This document shows positions 30,565 to 41,744 of a stretch of DNA of 64,000 nt, one piece after another. The notes under the pieces were generated by a model that saw nothing but the letters and a program-made list of their open reading frames with translations, was not told the origin of the DNA and did no database searches. The position numbers and the translations under genes are program-made. The DNA lies in the NCBI GenBank assembly GCA_965214405.1, contig OZ243956.1, forward strand, positions 3,552,001 through 3,616,000. The letters are read 5' to 3'. Numbering within the stretch: the stretch's first letter is position 1; every line of letters begins with the position of its first letter. Source of the DNA: Trueperaceae bacterium. GTDB taxonomy: Bacteria > Deinococcota > Deinococci > Deinococcales > Trueperaceae.

Positions 30565-31806
30565 ATGACGCTCCTCAAACAAGACACCCTTACCCACCCA
30601 TCAGCCCACGCTTACGATGACGCTTTAGGCTGGCTCTACGCCCAAACGCGGGGCGGGCGGGCTCGAGATCCCGAGCGGATGCGGGCGCTTCTTAAAAGGC
30701 TCGAGCTTCCCCAACCCCCGCCAAGCGTTTACCCAAGTATTCATGTGGTCGGCACCAACGGCAAGGGCACCGTGGCCGCCGCCGTCGCCTCGGGCTTGAC
30801 GGCCAGCGGGCGGCGCACCGGGCGCTTTCTCTCGCCGCACGTGGTAGACTTTTGCGAGCGCGTCGCGGTGGATGGACGCCTCATTTCACCACACGAGGTC
30901 ACGGCTTTCGTGGAGCGCGCCGCGGCCCTCAAGCTCGAGCCCCCTCCCGCTTTTTTTGAATGGACCTTGGCGCTGGCGCTAAGTCATTTCGCCAAAGAGC
31001 ACGTCGGGGCGGCGGTCCTCGAGGCGGGCGTGGGCGCGCGGCGTGACGCGACGATAGTGTTGGAAAACGTCTCCACCGTCGTCATCACCAACGTCGGTAG
31101 GGACCATTTGGACACGCTGGGGCCGACCCCCCGTGACATCGCCGGAGACAAAGCGGCGGCGATTCGCCCCGGCGTGCCCGTCGTGACCGCGGCCACGGGG
31201 GAGGCGCTGGCGGTGATGACGCAGGTGGCGGCGGAGCGCGGCAGCCCGCTCGTTACCGAAACGTCGCACCCGGAGCTGTTCACGCTTCCCAAAACCTTTA
31301 CGCCGCGCCACCCGCTTCACGCGCAAAACATGCGTTTGGCTGCCGCGGCTTTGCGTGTGGACGGCAGAGCGGACGAGAACGCCATCTTGTGCGGCCTCGA
31401 GCGAGCGCCCCTACCCGGACGCATGGAGACATTCACATTAAGGGGACGCAGAGTTATCTTAGACGGTGCCCATAACCCAAGCGCGGCGGGGGCGCTCCGC
31501 AAGCTCCTTCCCGCGCCTTTTGTGCTCGTGTTCGGCAGCCTCCCCAAAAAACTTGGTGAGGAGACGCTGGCGGTGCTCGAGCCCCGCGCCCTCCAAACCT
31601 TTGTCACGCAGGCCGACGCGCAAAAGAGCACGGTGGAACGCTCACTCAAAAGGCGCTTTATTAAGGACCCGGTGGAGGCGTTGGGGGCGGCGTTGGACGT
31701 GTGTCCGCCCCATGCGTGCGTCGTGGTGACGGGGTCGCTTTATCTGGCGGGACGGGTGAGGCCTTACCTGGCGGCACATCATCAAGACGTACTCGACCGA
31801 ATTTAA
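30565..31806 (+). CDS. folC: Folylpolyglutamate synthase/dihydrofolate synthase
   Basis: HVVGTNGKG, SPH, FFE, EAGVG, DH and LDGAHN. Confidence 0.92.
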   Translation: MTLLKQDTLTHPSAHAYDDALGWLYAQTRGGRARDPERMRALLKRLELPQPPPSVYPSIHVVGTNGKGTVAAAVASGLTASGRRTGRFLSPHVVDFCERVAVDGRLISPHEVTAFVERAAALKLEPPPAFFEWTLALALSHFAKEHVGAAVLEAGVGARRDATIVLENVSTVVITNVGRDHLDTLGPTPRDIAGDKAAAIRPGVPVVTAATGEALAVMTQVAAERGSPLVTETSHPELFTLPKTFTPRHPLHAQNMRLAAAALRVDGRADENAILCGLERAPLPGRMETFTLRGRRVILDGAHNPSAAGALRKLLPAPFVLVFGSLPKKLGEETLAVLEPRALQTFVTQADAQKSTVERSLKRRFIKDPVEALGAALDVCPPHACVVVTGSLYLAGRVRPYLAAHHQDVLDRI

Positions 31807-31909
31807 TAGAGCGTCTTGTAACGAGACAGAGAAGAAATGCGGCTCAGGCTATACTTAGGCACTCGAGTCTCGCAGACTCACGCACTTTTTATTCCCCTTT
31901 GGAGTTTTC

Positions 31910-33259
31910 ATGGCTGGAAAAGTCGGTTTTGTAAGCTTGGGCTGCCCCAAGGCCCTGGTCGACAGCGAGCGCATCCTCACGCAACTGCGCGCGGAGGGCT
32001 ACAGCGTCGCGCCTTCGTATGACGAGGCGGACTTAGTCGTCGTCAATACCTGCGGTTTTATCACCCCGGCGGTGGAGGAGTCGTTGGACGCGATTGGCGA
32101 GGCGTTGGAACGTAGCGGTAAAGTCATCGTCACGGGTTGCTTGGGCGAGCGGCCCGACGAAATCATGGCGCGCCACCCGAGCGTGCTGGCGGTCACGGGT
32201 CAGGCGGACGTGACGGGCGTGATGGAGAACGTGCGCCGCGTGCTGCCGCCCGACGCGCACCCCTTTACCAGCCTCGTGCCGCCGCAGGGCGTCAAGCTCA
32301 CCCCGCGCCACTACGCGTACCTAAAGATTGCGGAGGGCTGCAACCACAAGTGCTCCTTTTGCATCATCCCGCAGATGCGCGGGTTGCAGGTCTCGAGAGA
32401 CGCGGGCGAGATTCTTTACGAAGCCTACCGCCTCGTCGCCGCGGGCACGAAAGAGCTGGTGGTCATCGCGCAGGACTCGTCGGCCTACGGTGTGGACCTA
32501 AGGCAGCGCTCGAGCGAGTTCCAGGGACGGCAGGTCGACGCGCACCTGGTCCCGCTGGTCACTGAACTTTCTCAAATGGGCGTCTGGGTGAGGCTGCATT
32601 ACGTTTATCCCTACCCGCACGTCAAGGACCTCATTCCCTTGATGGCCGAGGGCAAGCTGCTCCCCTACTTAGACGTACCCCTGCAACACGCGAGTCCCCG
32701 AATCCTCAAGCTCATGCGCCGTCCCGGCGGGGCGAATCAGCTCGAGACCCTGCGCGCCTGGCGCGAGGTCTGCCCTGAATTAGCCGTCCGCTCAACCTTT
32801 ATCGTAGGCTTTCCCGGCGAAACCGAAGAGGACTTCGCGCAGCTTTTAGACTTTCTTGAGGAGGCGCGGCTCGAGCGCGTGGGCGCGTTTACCTACAGCG
32901 AGGTACCGGGCGCGAGCGCCAACGCGCTGCCCGACCCCGTACCCGAGAGCGTCAAAGAGGAGCGTTACGCCCGCCTCATGGCGGCGCAAAGCCGCATTAG
33001 CGAGGAGAAAAACCGCGCCAAGGTCGGGCGGACGCTGCAAGTCATCGTAGACGATTACGGCGACTTTCCGGGCGACCTCGTCGGGCGCACCAAAGCGGAC
33101 GCGCCGGGCATTGACGGCAAGGTCTACGCGACTTCGGACGGCACGGTTAAGATTGGCGACGTTGTGAATGTGAGGGTGACGGGCTCGAGCACCTACGACT
33201 TAGAAGGCGAGGTCGTGAACGCGGTGCCGTGGCGGCCTAATGTGCTGACGATGGTTTGA
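31910..33259 (+). CDS. rimO: Ribosomal protein S12 methylthiotransferase
   Basis: [26 protein letters not shown] and a TRAM domain. Confidence 0.97.
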   Translation: MAGKVGFVSLGCPKALVDSERILTQLRAEGYSVAPSYDEADLVVVNTCGFITPAVEESLDAIGEALERSGKVIVTGCLGERPDEIMARHPSVLAVTGQADVTGVMENVRRVLPPDAHPFTSLVPPQGVKLTPRHYAYLKIAEGCNHKCSFCIIPQMRGLQVSRDAGEILYEAYRLVAAGTKELVVIAQDSSAYGVDLRQRSSEFQGRQVDAHLVPLVTELSQMGVWVRLHYVYPYPHVKDLIPLMAEGKLLPYLDVPLQHASPRILKLMRRPGGANQLETLRAWREVCPELAVRSTFIVGFPGETEEDFAQLLDFLEEARLERVGAFTYSEVPGASANALPDPVPESVKEERYARLMAAQSRISEEKNRAKVGRTLQVIVDDYGDFPGDLVGRTKADAPGIDGKVYATSDGTVKIGDVVNVRVTGSSTYDLEGEVVNAVPWRPNVLTMV

Positions 33260-33304
33260 AGAGGTGTTTAGGCGAGTCTGGAAGCATCTTCACCAACCTC
33301 ACCC

Positions 33305-34444
33305 TCACCTGTACGACTGACTCCGCCGGGAGAACAACCGCTCCTCCACCTCCGCCTCCCGCTCCTCACGGCCCCCCCGCTGCTGCGTCACCATCAAACG
33401 AAACTCGTGCGAACTCGTCGCCATCGCCAAGGCGTGCTCCATCGTGATGTGGCCCGCCAAATAAAGCGTGACGAGGTGCTGGTCGAAGGTCTGCATTCCC
33501 CGGATGTTGTCCTCCATCAGCGCCTCTTTGATAAGCGGCGTTTTTTTCTCGTCTTTGATGTAGTCGCGGATTAGCGGGGTATTGATGAGAACTTCCAACG
33601 ACAGCACCCGCCCCGGCCCGTCCGCGCGCGGCAAGAGGCGCTGGCTCACGACGCCCAAGAGCGATTCGGCGAACGTGACCCGGATTTGGTCGCGCTCGTG
33701 GGGCGCGAAAAAGTCGATCACGCGGTTGATGGTGCGAATCGTGTCGAGCGTGTGCAAGGTGCTCAAGACCAGGTGCCCCGTCTGCGCCGCGGTGATGGCG
33801 GCCTCGACGGTTTGCCGGTCGCGCATCTCGCCGATCATGATCACGTCGGGGTCTTGTCGCATCGCGGCCTTGAGCGCGCCGTAGAAGTCGGCGGTGTCGA
33901 GCCCCACCTCGCGCTGGATGACGAGGCTTTTCTGGTTGCGGTGGAGGATTTCGATGGGGTCTTCGATGGTAATGATGTTGCGCGGGTACTTGCGGTTGAT
34001 AAAGTCCACCATCGCCGCGAGCGTGGTGGATTTGCCCGAGCCGGTCGGTCCAGTGACCAAGACGAGGCCGCGGGCTCCGCTCGAGAACTCCGTCATCACC
34101 CCCACAGGCAGCCCGAGCGTCTCAAAGCTCGGCACGGTCTCGCCCACGGTGCGCATCACCACCCCCACCGAGCCGCGCTGGCGAAAGGCGTTACAGCGAA
34201 AGCGGGCCACATGCGGAATCGTAAAGGCGAAGTCGAGTTCCCGGCAGCTTCCAAAAAGCTCGCGCTGCGACTCCGACATCATCGCCAGGGCGATGCCCTC
34301 GGTTTGCTGCGGCGTCAGGTCGGGCGCGCCCTCGAAGGGTCGCAGGTCGCCGTCCACGCGCATCATGGGGGGCGTGCCCGCGTGCAGGTGAATGTCGGAA
34401 GCGCGCTGGGCGACCATGTCTTTGAGCATATCGGCGATTTTCAT
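33305..34444 (-). CDS. PilT/PilU-family type IV pilus retraction ATPase
   Basis: ASDIHL, GPTGSGKST, TIEDPIE, RQDPDVIMIGEMRD, TGHLVLSTLH and GMQTFDQ. Confidence 0.93.
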   Translation of the reverse strand: MKIADMLKDMVAQRASDIHLHAGTPPMMRVDGDLRPFEGAPDLTPQQTEGIALAMMSESQRELFGSCRELDFAFTIPHVARFRCNAFRQRGSVGVVMRTVGETVPSFETLGLPVGVMTEFSSGARGLVLVTGPTGSGKSTTLAAMVDFINRKYPRNIITIEDPIEILHRNQKSLVIQREVGLDTADFYGALKAAMRQDPDVIMIGEMRDRQTVEAAITAAQTGHLVLSTLHTLDTIRTINRVIDFFAPHERDQIRVTFAESLLGVVSQRLLPRADGPGRVLSLEVLINTPLIRDYIKDEKKTPLIKEALMEDNIRGMQTFDQHLVTLYLAGHITMEHALAMATSSHEFRLMVTQQRGGREEREAEVEERLFSRRSQSYR

Positions 34445-34699
34445 CTCCTCTTAGTGTGACCGCCGCTGGGGGTTCAGCCTGTGAAATTCGCCGCCTTGGG
34501 GGATGCGCGAAAGGTAACATGTGTTTTGGGATGAGAGAGGGGGCTCGAGCTAAACCCACATAAAGGCAGATTGACGTTGAAGTGTTTAAGAAGAGAAATT
34601 TCTTTCAGATATACGGCCACGCCATCCTTGTGGTTATTATCTCTCGTTCCTTTGCTGCGGTAGTACCCTTGTTAAGGATGTTATTTTGCGAGGTGTAAG

Positions 34700-35263
34700 A
34701 TGATGACAATCAGGTTGCTGTTGCTAAAATCGCTACGACTTTCAAACATTATCACTCCAATATTATGTGCTTTCTTATTTGCTGCCTGTGCTCCCCAGGT
34801 CGAAACTGAACCCGCACGAGAGACCGTAGAGCTACCTACGCCAGAACCTGAACCAACAACTTAATTACCGGTTGACTACACCATAGAGTTTAGAGGACTC
34901 TACCGCTGTCCGCAAAATGGCGGCTATACCGCTGCAATACTTGCGTTCGCAAATACAGGTGAGAGGCCTTTGGGTGAAAAGTTTACACACATCATTGATT
35001 TGACTCTGAATGAAACACTCTACGGTCCTTTCTCAAATAAAAATTACCACTTAGAGCCTGGTAAATGTGGAGCGGGTCCGGCAGCTTGGCTTGAACCAGG
35101 CGAAACGTTATTCGGAACATACGCGATAGACAGAAACATTCACAGCTCTATGATGTTAGGGCATGATGTGGAAGTTGCTATGAAAATCTGTACTAGCAAG
35201 CCAGAATACTTGTGTGAAGAACGCAGCTTAATTTTTCAACTACCTCAAGAGTTCGATTTTTAG
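34700..35263 (+). pseudogene. Low-GC lipoprotein gene with one in-frame TAA (34862-34864)
   Basis: GAGGTG RBS, ATG 34700, lipobox LFAAC and a Pro/Glu linker, then TAA. The same frame stays open to 35263. Confidence 0.7.
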
Positions 35264-35377
35264 CTGTTGGCTGCCCTCAACCAAGTGCTGCAAGGGATTC
35301 GTTCTCTAAACGCGCCAAAGAAGTTTAGAGGACATTGATACAGTTCAAGACAACGTAGTTCTAAACGCCAATACAAC

Positions 35378-36631
35378 CTAGCCGTCATACGCCCGGTCGA
35401 GAAGCTGCACCGTATGGAGGACAGGCAGCGGTTTCCCCTGCTCGCGCAAGTGCGCCCTGATCTGCGTCATGCAGCCGATGTTCCCGGTTGCCACGACCTC
35501 CGCACCCGTAGAGAGAATGGCGTCGGCTTTGCGCGCGCCCAGTTCCCTGGCAATCTCGGGATGCTCTATATTGTAGGTGCCCGCCGAGCCGCAGCAGATT
35601 TCGCCGTCGGGGATTTCTAAGAGCTCGAGCCCCCCCACCTGTGAGAGCAGCCTCCTCGGCTCCTCCGTCACGCCCTGCGCGTGCGCGAGGTGGCAGGCGT
35701 CGTGGTAGGCGACTTTGAGGGGTTTGAAGAGCGAGGAGGGACGGACGCCCAGCCCGGTTAAGAACACGCTCACGTCCTGCACGCGCTTCGTGAACGCCTC
35801 CGCCGCCTCTTCCTCGGGTTCACCCTTGAGCCACAGCGCGTACTCTTTCATGCCCGACCCGCACCCCGCCGCGTTGGTTAAAATCGCGTCTACATCTTCT
35901 GGAAAGGCGGTTAGATTGTGTTTAGCAAACCTCACAGCCTGCCCCGCCGCGCCCGTATGCGCGGCCAGCGCGCCGCAGCAGCCCTGTGCCTTGGGAATAA
36001 CGACCTCGACCCCATTTTTTGCGAGAACCCTGAGCGTGGCCCAGTTGATGTCGGGCTCGAGCACCCGCTGCGCGCAACCCGCTAGGAGCGCCACCCTCGC
36101 CCGCCGCGTCCCCTCCGCCGGATAGACCTCGGGCAGCGGCGGCGCACGCTTCACACTTTCGGGCAGAAGCTCGAGCATACCCCCTAGCCGCCCTGGTAAG
36201 AACTTTTGAAAGGGCTTGGCGAACCCGCCCAGGGTAGCCGCCGCGCGGAAGCGGCGAGGATAGGGCAGGGTCTCGAGCACAAAGCGCCGCAAGAGCTTGT
36301 CAAACGTGCTACGCTCCCGCTCCTCTTCGGCGCGCATTCTAAAAGGCGTCAGCAAGTCGCCATATTGAACCCCGGACGGGCACGCGGTCACGCAGGCCAT
36401 GCAGCCCAAGCAGGCGTCGATGTGGGGCAGGGCGTCGGGAAGCTCGAGTTCACCCTCCAACGTCTCTTTCATCAAAAAGATGCGCCCCCGCGGCGAGTCC
36501 ATTTCCTCGCCCAGCACCCGGTAGGTGGGGCAGGTAGGCAGGCAAAACCCGCAGTGAACGCAACTCTCGACAGCCTCGGCCATCGGTTCGCCCATAGGGC
36601 CGATGTCTTCTACGGGAATTTTATGCTGCAT
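35378..36631 (-). CDS. glcF: Glycolate oxidase iron-sulfur subunit
   Basis: Two 4Fe-4S motifs (CVHCGFC, CLGCMAC) and CCG domains. Confidence 0.93.
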   Translation of the reverse strand: MQHKIPVEDIGPMGEPMAEAVESCVHCGFCLPTCPTYRVLGEEMDSPRGRIFLMKETLEGELELPDALPHIDACLGCMACVTACPSGVQYGDLLTPFRMRAEEERERSTFDKLLRRFVLETLPYPRRFRAAATLGGFAKPFQKFLPGRLGGMLELLPESVKRAPPLPEVYPAEGTRRARVALLAGCAQRVLEPDINWATLRVLAKNGVEVVIPKAQGCCGALAAHTGAAGQAVRFAKHNLTAFPEDVDAILTNAAGCGSGMKEYALWLKGEPEEEAAEAFTKRVQDVSVFLTGLGVRPSSLFKPLKVAYHDACHLAHAQGVTEEPRRLLSQVGGLELLEIPDGEICCGSAGTYNIEHPEIARELGARKADAILSTGAEVVATGNIGCMTQIRAHLREQGKPLPVLHTVQLLDRAYDG

Positions 36632-37694
36632 AAGCCCCTTCCAACGCGAATTTTCCTTCCGGGTCGAGCACGCTCACGATTCTCTCCATAAACGCATTTT
36701 TCTTCACTCCCAAAAGCGGCGTCTCCCACGTTCCCGTAAGCGCCAAAGCTGAAAGGTTAAGAGAATTCAGCAGCGCCCTCAGCCTCTTCTCCCCCACTCC
36801 CTCCGGCCACGCCAGCCACAGCACGTTGCCGCCCACGCTGTAGCGGCGGGGTGCGGTGTAGGGTTCGAGGGCGCGCTCGAGTTCCCCCACCCGCTGAGGA
36901 TTCAAAGGAATCTTAACGAGAGAGTGACTTTCAGGAATCCACAAAAACTCCCGCGCCTCCCGCCACACTATCTCGTCCGCATCACCCTCTAAAGTTTCAC
37001 CTTCTCGTCCGCTAAGCGCCTCTACACGTTCTAGCCGCTCTCTCAGCGCATCCGCAGTTCCGCCGACGCGCACGAGGAGGCGTCCCGAGGGCTCAAAGTC
37101 GAGACAGGCGGGCTCGAAGGGAGACACCGCCAGCTTTTGCACGGCGTTTACGGCGTTCTCTAGACTTCTCATATCAACATCCAGCGTCGCGTACGCCTCG
37201 GGGCGCGGGAACACTTTGAACGTCAACTCGACGAGCACGCCGAACGCGCCTAAAGCGCCAACCATCAGCTTGGGGAAATCGAACCCGGCGGCGTTCTTGA
37301 CCACCTTGCCGCCGCCCGTCACGAGCTTCCCTTCACCGCTCACAAAGGTGACGCCTAAGAGAAAGTCGCGCACGCCGCCATAGCGAAAGCGCCCCGGCCC
37401 CGACAAGCCCGTCGCCACCGTGCCGCCGAGCGTGGCACCCGCGCCCGCGAAAGGCGGATCAAAGGGGAGGTACTGTCCGTGCTCTCCAAGCAGCGTTTCA
37501 ACTTCATGTAACGGCGTACCTGCTAAAGCTGTAAAAGTGTATTCGCTGGGCTCGTACTCGAGCACCCCCGCCAGCCCCGCCAGCTTCAAGTTGCCACCCC
37601 TCGAGAGAGCTGGTTTGCTGCCGCCGCCCACGGGGCACAGGCTCGAGCCGATCCTGACTGCCTCCTGAATACGCTGGATGTGGTTGTTGGGCAT
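36621..37694 (-). CDS. glcE: Glycolate oxidase FAD-binding subunit
   Basis: ATLGG..ATGLSGP and [12 protein letters not shown]; lies between glcD and glcF. Confidence 0.9.
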   Translation of the reverse strand: MPNNHIQRIQEAVRIGSSLCPVGGGSKPALSRGGNLKLAGLAGVLEYEPSEYTFTALAGTPLHEVETLLGEHGQYLPFDPPFAGAGATLGGTVATGLSGPGRFRYGGVRDFLLGVTFVSGEGKLVTGGGKVVKNAAGFDFPKLMVGALGAFGVLVELTFKVFPRPEAYATLDVDMRSLENAVNAVQKLAVSPFEPACLDFEPSGRLLVRVGGTADALRERLERVEALSGREGETLEGDADEIVWREAREFLWIPESHSLVKIPLNPQRVGELERALEPYTAPRRYSVGGNVLWLAWPEGVGEKRLRALLNSLNLSALALTGTWETPLLGVKKNAFMERIVSVLDPEGKFALEGAYAA

Positions 37695-37736
37695 AGGCTC
37701 CTCGAGTGATGAGTGGTGAGATAAAAATGGGAAAAG

Positions 37737-39182
37737 CTACTCCCTAAAGATGACGCCTTGGGCCTCGAGGGGGTGCGGGCCGTGCATCGTCAAAGCGGGC
37801 GCTTCGGCGGTAGGAAGCATTTTGCCGCGGTTGGCAAGGCCCTTGGGGTCTATAGCGTCACGGACGCGCGTCATGATGTCCATGTCGCTCTCGCCGTACT
37901 GCTCGGGCAAAAAGGCGCGCTTCTCGACGCCGACGCCGTGCTCGCCCGTAATCGAGCCGCCCAGACGGATGCAGAGGCGCAGGATGTCGGCTGCAAGTTC
38001 CTCGGCACGTTCCAAGTCGCCCTCGACGCGCCCGTTGTAGAGGATGAGCGGGTGCAGATTGCCGTCACCCGCGTGAAACACATTGGCGACGCGCAAAGAA
38101 TGCTCCTTACTCAAACGTTCAATTTCGGCGAGCGCGTCGCCCAGTTTAGTGCGCGGCACGACGCCGTCTTGAACGATGTAGTCGGGGCTGAGGCGTCCGA
38201 CGGCTGAAAACGCACCCTTGCGGCCCTTCCAAATTTTGGCCCGCTCGAGCCCCCCGTCCGCCACCCGCGTGTAGAACGCGCCCGAGGCCTCGATGACTTC
38301 CATGAGCCGCGGGAACTCGGCGTGGACTTCTTCTTGGGGACCCTCGAGTTCGACAATTAAGAGCCCCTGCGCGTCCGGCGGATAGCCCGCGTGAACCGCC
38401 GCCTCAGCCGCGTCCATCGCCAGCCGGTCCATAATCTCCATCGCGCCGGGCAGGAGCCCCGAGGCGACGATTGAGGCCACCGCCTCCCCCGCCTCCGCCA
38501 GAGACGTATAAGCGGCCAGCACCGTCCGGTAAACCTCCACCTTGGGGAGCAGCCGCAGCGTGATCTCGAGCGCGATGCCAAACAGCCCCTCCGAGCCGAC
38601 GAACATCCCGACCAAATCGGGGCCGACCATCTCCAAGCTGTCGCCCCCCAGCTCCGTCACCTCACCATCGGGCAGCACCACCTTGAGGCCCAGCACGTGA
38701 TTGGCGGTCATGCCGTACTTGAGGCAGTGCGCTCCGCCCGAATTGAACGCGACGTTCCCGCCGATGGTGCAGACGGGGCCGCTCGAGGGGTCGGGCGCGT
38801 AAAGGAGGCCGTGGGGCGCCGCCGCGTTCGTGACCGCCTGGTTGATGACGCCGGGCTCCACCACCGCCACGCGCGCTTTTGCGTCCAGGTGGAGCACGCG
38901 GTTGAGGCGGTTTAAGGCGATGACCACGCCCCCCTCGACGGGCAGCGAGCCGCCCGACAGGCTCGTGCCGCTGCCTCGAGCCACGAAGGGCACGTCGTGC
39001 TCAAAACACAGGCGCACCGTTTTAATAACCTCCGCCTGCGACTCGGGCAGGACGACCAGGGCGGGGCTCGAGCGGAATGCGGTGAGCCCGTCCGAGGCGT
39101 AGGCGACGGTTTGCGCGGGGCCGGTGAGGAGGCGGGGGCCGTAGAGGGGTGAAAGCGCCTCCGTGAGTTCGGTGATGGGCAT
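37737..39182 (-). CDS. glcD: Glycolate oxidase subunit (FAD-linked)
   Basis: [24 protein letters not shown] and GEHGVG. Confidence 0.93.
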   Translation of the reverse strand: MPITELTEALSPLYGPRLLTGPAQTVAYASDGLTAFRSSPALVVLPESQAEVIKTVRLCFEHDVPFVARGSGTSLSGGSLPVEGGVVIALNRLNRVLHLDAKARVAVVEPGVINQAVTNAAAPHGLLYAPDPSSGPVCTIGGNVAFNSGGAHCLKYGMTANHVLGLKVVLPDGEVTELGGDSLEMVGPDLVGMFVGSEGLFGIALEITLRLLPKVEVYRTVLAAYTSLAEAGEAVASIVASGLLPGAMEIMDRLAMDAAEAAVHAGYPPDAQGLLIVELEGPQEEVHAEFPRLMEVIEASGAFYTRVADGGLERAKIWKGRKGAFSAVGRLSPDYIVQDGVVPRTKLGDALAEIERLSKEHSLRVANVFHAGDGNLHPLILYNGRVEGDLERAEELAADILRLCIRLGGSITGEHGVGVEKRAFLPEQYGESDMDIMTRVRDAIDPKGLANRGKMLPTAEAPALTMHGPHPLEAQGVIFRE

Positions 39183-39265
39183 GAGCTTCCCTTCTGTATA
39201 GCAAGGCCGGGGTATCTTTTGTTTATGATACAGCTTGATGGTTTAGGGGATAAGAATACTGAGGA

Positions 39266-40906
39266 CTATGGTGTGTCAGACAGAAAATGTTCCTCTAGCA
39301 AGTTGAAGAGACTCACTACTTCTAACAGCATGTCCTCAAAAACTTTGCTAAGGCTTTTGTTATCAAAATCGAGACTTTTGGCAAGCTTCTCGTAATTCGA
39401 GCCTTTACGATGGGCTACGCCAGTTGAGCGTAAAGACTGAAGACCCCGTAAAAAGAAGACAAGTCTTTCGCATTCTGCAAAATTCTGCTCCAACAGGTAC
39501 TGCTCCAATTTATCAATACCTTTAGCATTTGCTGACAATTCACCAGTTAAACTTTTCTTAACATCTTTTTCATTCAAAGAATCAACTAGAACCTTCGTCA
39601 GTGCTAAAATTTGAGCATCAAATTCTGCTTGACCATCATTGAGCGGGATGCGTAGAGCATTAAGGGAGTGAGCATCATCTTTACTTAGCGGCTTGAAGAG
39701 CAACCAGCCTTGCGCCTTCTCCCATCTCTCTTGGAAAACGTTGAAGCAGTATTTAAAGAGTAAGTCGGCTTTTTCTGGCTCAGCAGCTTCTGCTAGAAAA
39801 CTCCGTTTGAAGTTGACTTTACTGATGCCGCTCTCAGGAGAGATATTGAAGTTACGCCAGTATAACTGCTCGTTATAAGACAAATCTCTACCCAAATCTC
39901 CGAGAAAGACGGAAATATACTTTTCGTGATTGTTGTCTAACCTCAACAGCCATAGTCCGCCACAACGCAAAGAACCATCTTCCACCCTGTATTTTTCAGG
40001 ATGTGCGTAGTATTTGCTCAACACTTCGCGTTTAAAGAAAACTGGAGTAAGATAATTTGGGGCCTCGGGATTCGCCCCAAACCAGTTTGCTAGTCGCTCA
40101 GGATTGCAGGTGTAGGTTACCTCGTCCCCATCCTCATCTACACCGATGATGAAGTCAACATACTGAACGTTTTTCTCTTCACTGAAAGGCCAAAAACCGC
40201 TCTTTTCTTTCCTGACTCCTGTAAACAATTTTTTCCCGACAACTCTGGAAATTGAAGCAAACTCGCCTCTCGATGAAAAATCATCTTCTGCCGCATCGAA
40301 AGCGTAGGTGAGACTATTTTTTGTAGTCTTGGTATGTCGCTCTTCAGGTTCAACAACGTTTATAGAGAGAGGCGAGTATCTAACACTGTCAAAGAAAACT
40401 GCGAGGTGCATCTCCTTGATTGCCAAGAACTGCTTGACAGCGAGAAGCTTAATCTTCACCACTTCACTGTTTACCTGGATGATTTCGTCTTCATTGCCAT
40501 CTTCATCTATTTTGATAAAGGTGTTTGACTTCACATCATGATACAGGTTATGGAAATGGCGGAACTCCTCAGAAATTTCTATATATCCCGATTTCACGCC
40601 GTGAAAATTGCGGTAGATAACGAGGGGCTCAATTCCAGAAGAGCTAAAGCGATGATACTCAACTACTTTTTCGTTACCATCATGGGGGTAACTACAGTGA
40701 GGCAATCCTTCTCCTACAGATAAATCCCACGATTGATAATTTAAAGACTCCTCCACCTTCCCATTAGGAACCAAGGCGCAGAAAAAACTGAGGTCGCTAT
40801 TTTGTTTGCTATCGAAAGAGTGAACAGTAACCCATGTATCTCTACCAAGACGTTCTTCCAAATACTTTTTGAAATCAGATTGCAGTAAGTAGTCTAAATC
40901 GGACAC
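39266..40906 (-). CDS. Low-GC 546-aa hypothetical protein with C-terminal HEPN-like R-x5-H motif
   Basis: Long uninterrupted ORF, visibly AT-richer than its flanks. GTG lies 9 nt after the higA stop; motif LRSTGVAHRKG. Confidence 0.8.
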   Translation of the reverse strand: MSDLDYLLQSDFKKYLEERLGRDTWVTVHSFDSKQNSDLSFFCALVPNGKVEESLNYQSWDLSVGEGLPHCSYPHDGNEKVVEYHRFSSSGIEPLVIYRNFHGVKSGYIEISEEFRHFHNLYHDVKSNTFIKIDEDGNEDEIIQVNSEVVKIKLLAVKQFLAIKEMHLAVFFDSVRYSPLSINVVEPEERHTKTTKNSLTYAFDAAEDDFSSRGEFASISRVVGKKLFTGVRKEKSGFWPFSEEKNVQYVDFIIGVDEDGDEVTYTCNPERLANWFGANPEAPNYLTPVFFKREVLSKYYAHPEKYRVEDGSLRCGGLWLLRLDNNHEKYISVFLGDLGRDLSYNEQLYWRNFNISPESGISKVNFKRSFLAEAAEPEKADLLFKYCFNVFQERWEKAQGWLLFKPLSKDDAHSLNALRIPLNDGQAEFDAQILALTKVLVDSLNEKDVKKSLTGELSANAKGIDKLEQYLLEQNFAECERLVFFLRGLQSLRSTGVAHRKGSNYEKLAKSLDFDNKSLSKVFEDMLLEVVSLFNLLEEHFLSDTP

Positions 40907-40915
40907 TTCTTGATT

Positions 40916-41329
40916 CTAACTCTTTATTTGAAGAAACACCCCCGGCGACACCCCAAACCGCTCAGCCAACGCCCGAACATGCCGCACATTCAGCTCACGC
41001 TTACCGCTCAGCACCTCAGACACCACACCCTGCGAACCAATCTCAGGCAGGTCGGACTGAGCCAAGCCACGCTCTTCCATAAAAAACCGCAGCATCTCCC
41101 TTCCCGAAACATCGGGCAGGCTGTAATGCGCTTCTTCGTAGCTGTGCAGAAGGGTCCCGAGCGTGTCCAACAGGTCATAAAGAGGATGCGCCTCGTCCGT
41201 GCCGACTTCGTCAACAAGCTTGTTCAAGTAAGAAACCGCTCTGTCATAATCTTCTTCGGTGTGGATGGCGAGAACGGGGCGAACGGCTGACCAGTGGGTT
41301 TCCAGTTCTGTAAAACTCATTCTTTCCAC
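40916..41329 (-). CDS. higA: HigA-type antitoxin (HTH)
   Basis: EEDYDRAV, YEE, QSDLPEIGSQGVVSEVLSGKRELN. Confidence 0.9.
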   Translation of the reverse strand: MERMSFTELETHWSAVRPVLAIHTEEDYDRAVSYLNKLVDEVGTDEAHPLYDLLDTLGTLLHSYEEAHYSLPDVSGREMLRFFMEERGLAQSDLPEIGSQGVVSEVLSGKRELNVRHVRALAERFGVSPGVFLQIKS

Positions 41330-41604
41330 GCTCCTTTGTCATACTCCCTGTGGGTCAAAACATGCCGAACGTAAACTTTGCCGCGGTTAAAGTGTACGGA
41401 CGCGATGAGCCGATAGTTGTTGCCGCCAAGGTTAAAAACAATCAAATTTCCCACCTTGTCCGCGCTAGGGAATGCCCTGCGTAGCTCGTTGAACGTTCCG
41501 AAATCACTCCTGCTAATCGCTTTGAACCACCGCTGAAGTGGAACTTCGCTCTCGGGGTGTTCCTCCCAAAAGGTGACGAGTGCTTTTCGGGAGATGATAT
41601 GCAC
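41317..41604 (-). CDS. higB: HigB-type mRNA interferase toxin
   Basis: HIISRK, FPSADKVG..VFNLGGNNYRLI and LTHREYD. Leaderless TACAAT-N5-GTG. Confidence 0.92.
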   Translation of the reverse strand: MHIISRKALVTFWEEHPESEVPLQRWFKAISRSDFGTFNELRRAFPSADKVGNLIVFNLGGNNYRLIASVHFNRGKVYVRHVLTHREYDKGAWKE

Positions 41605-41744
41605 ACCCGATTGTATCTCAAGAAGAGATGGAGGGCGTGAAAGAAGCACACGGTACTGATGTGCTGTCAAGTTTTTAGCAGCTCGAGCCCCCAACCGTGC
41701 CCCCTCGCCTTGATGCTCCCCACCACAGCGCGTATGATTTTAGA

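Noticed and set aside
33686..34459. Long antisense or alternative-frame ORFs (also 13418-14308, 20118-20906, 50657-51400, 58065-58724)
   Set aside because: These are shadow ORFs typical of high-GC coding DNA, lying opposite well-supported genes.
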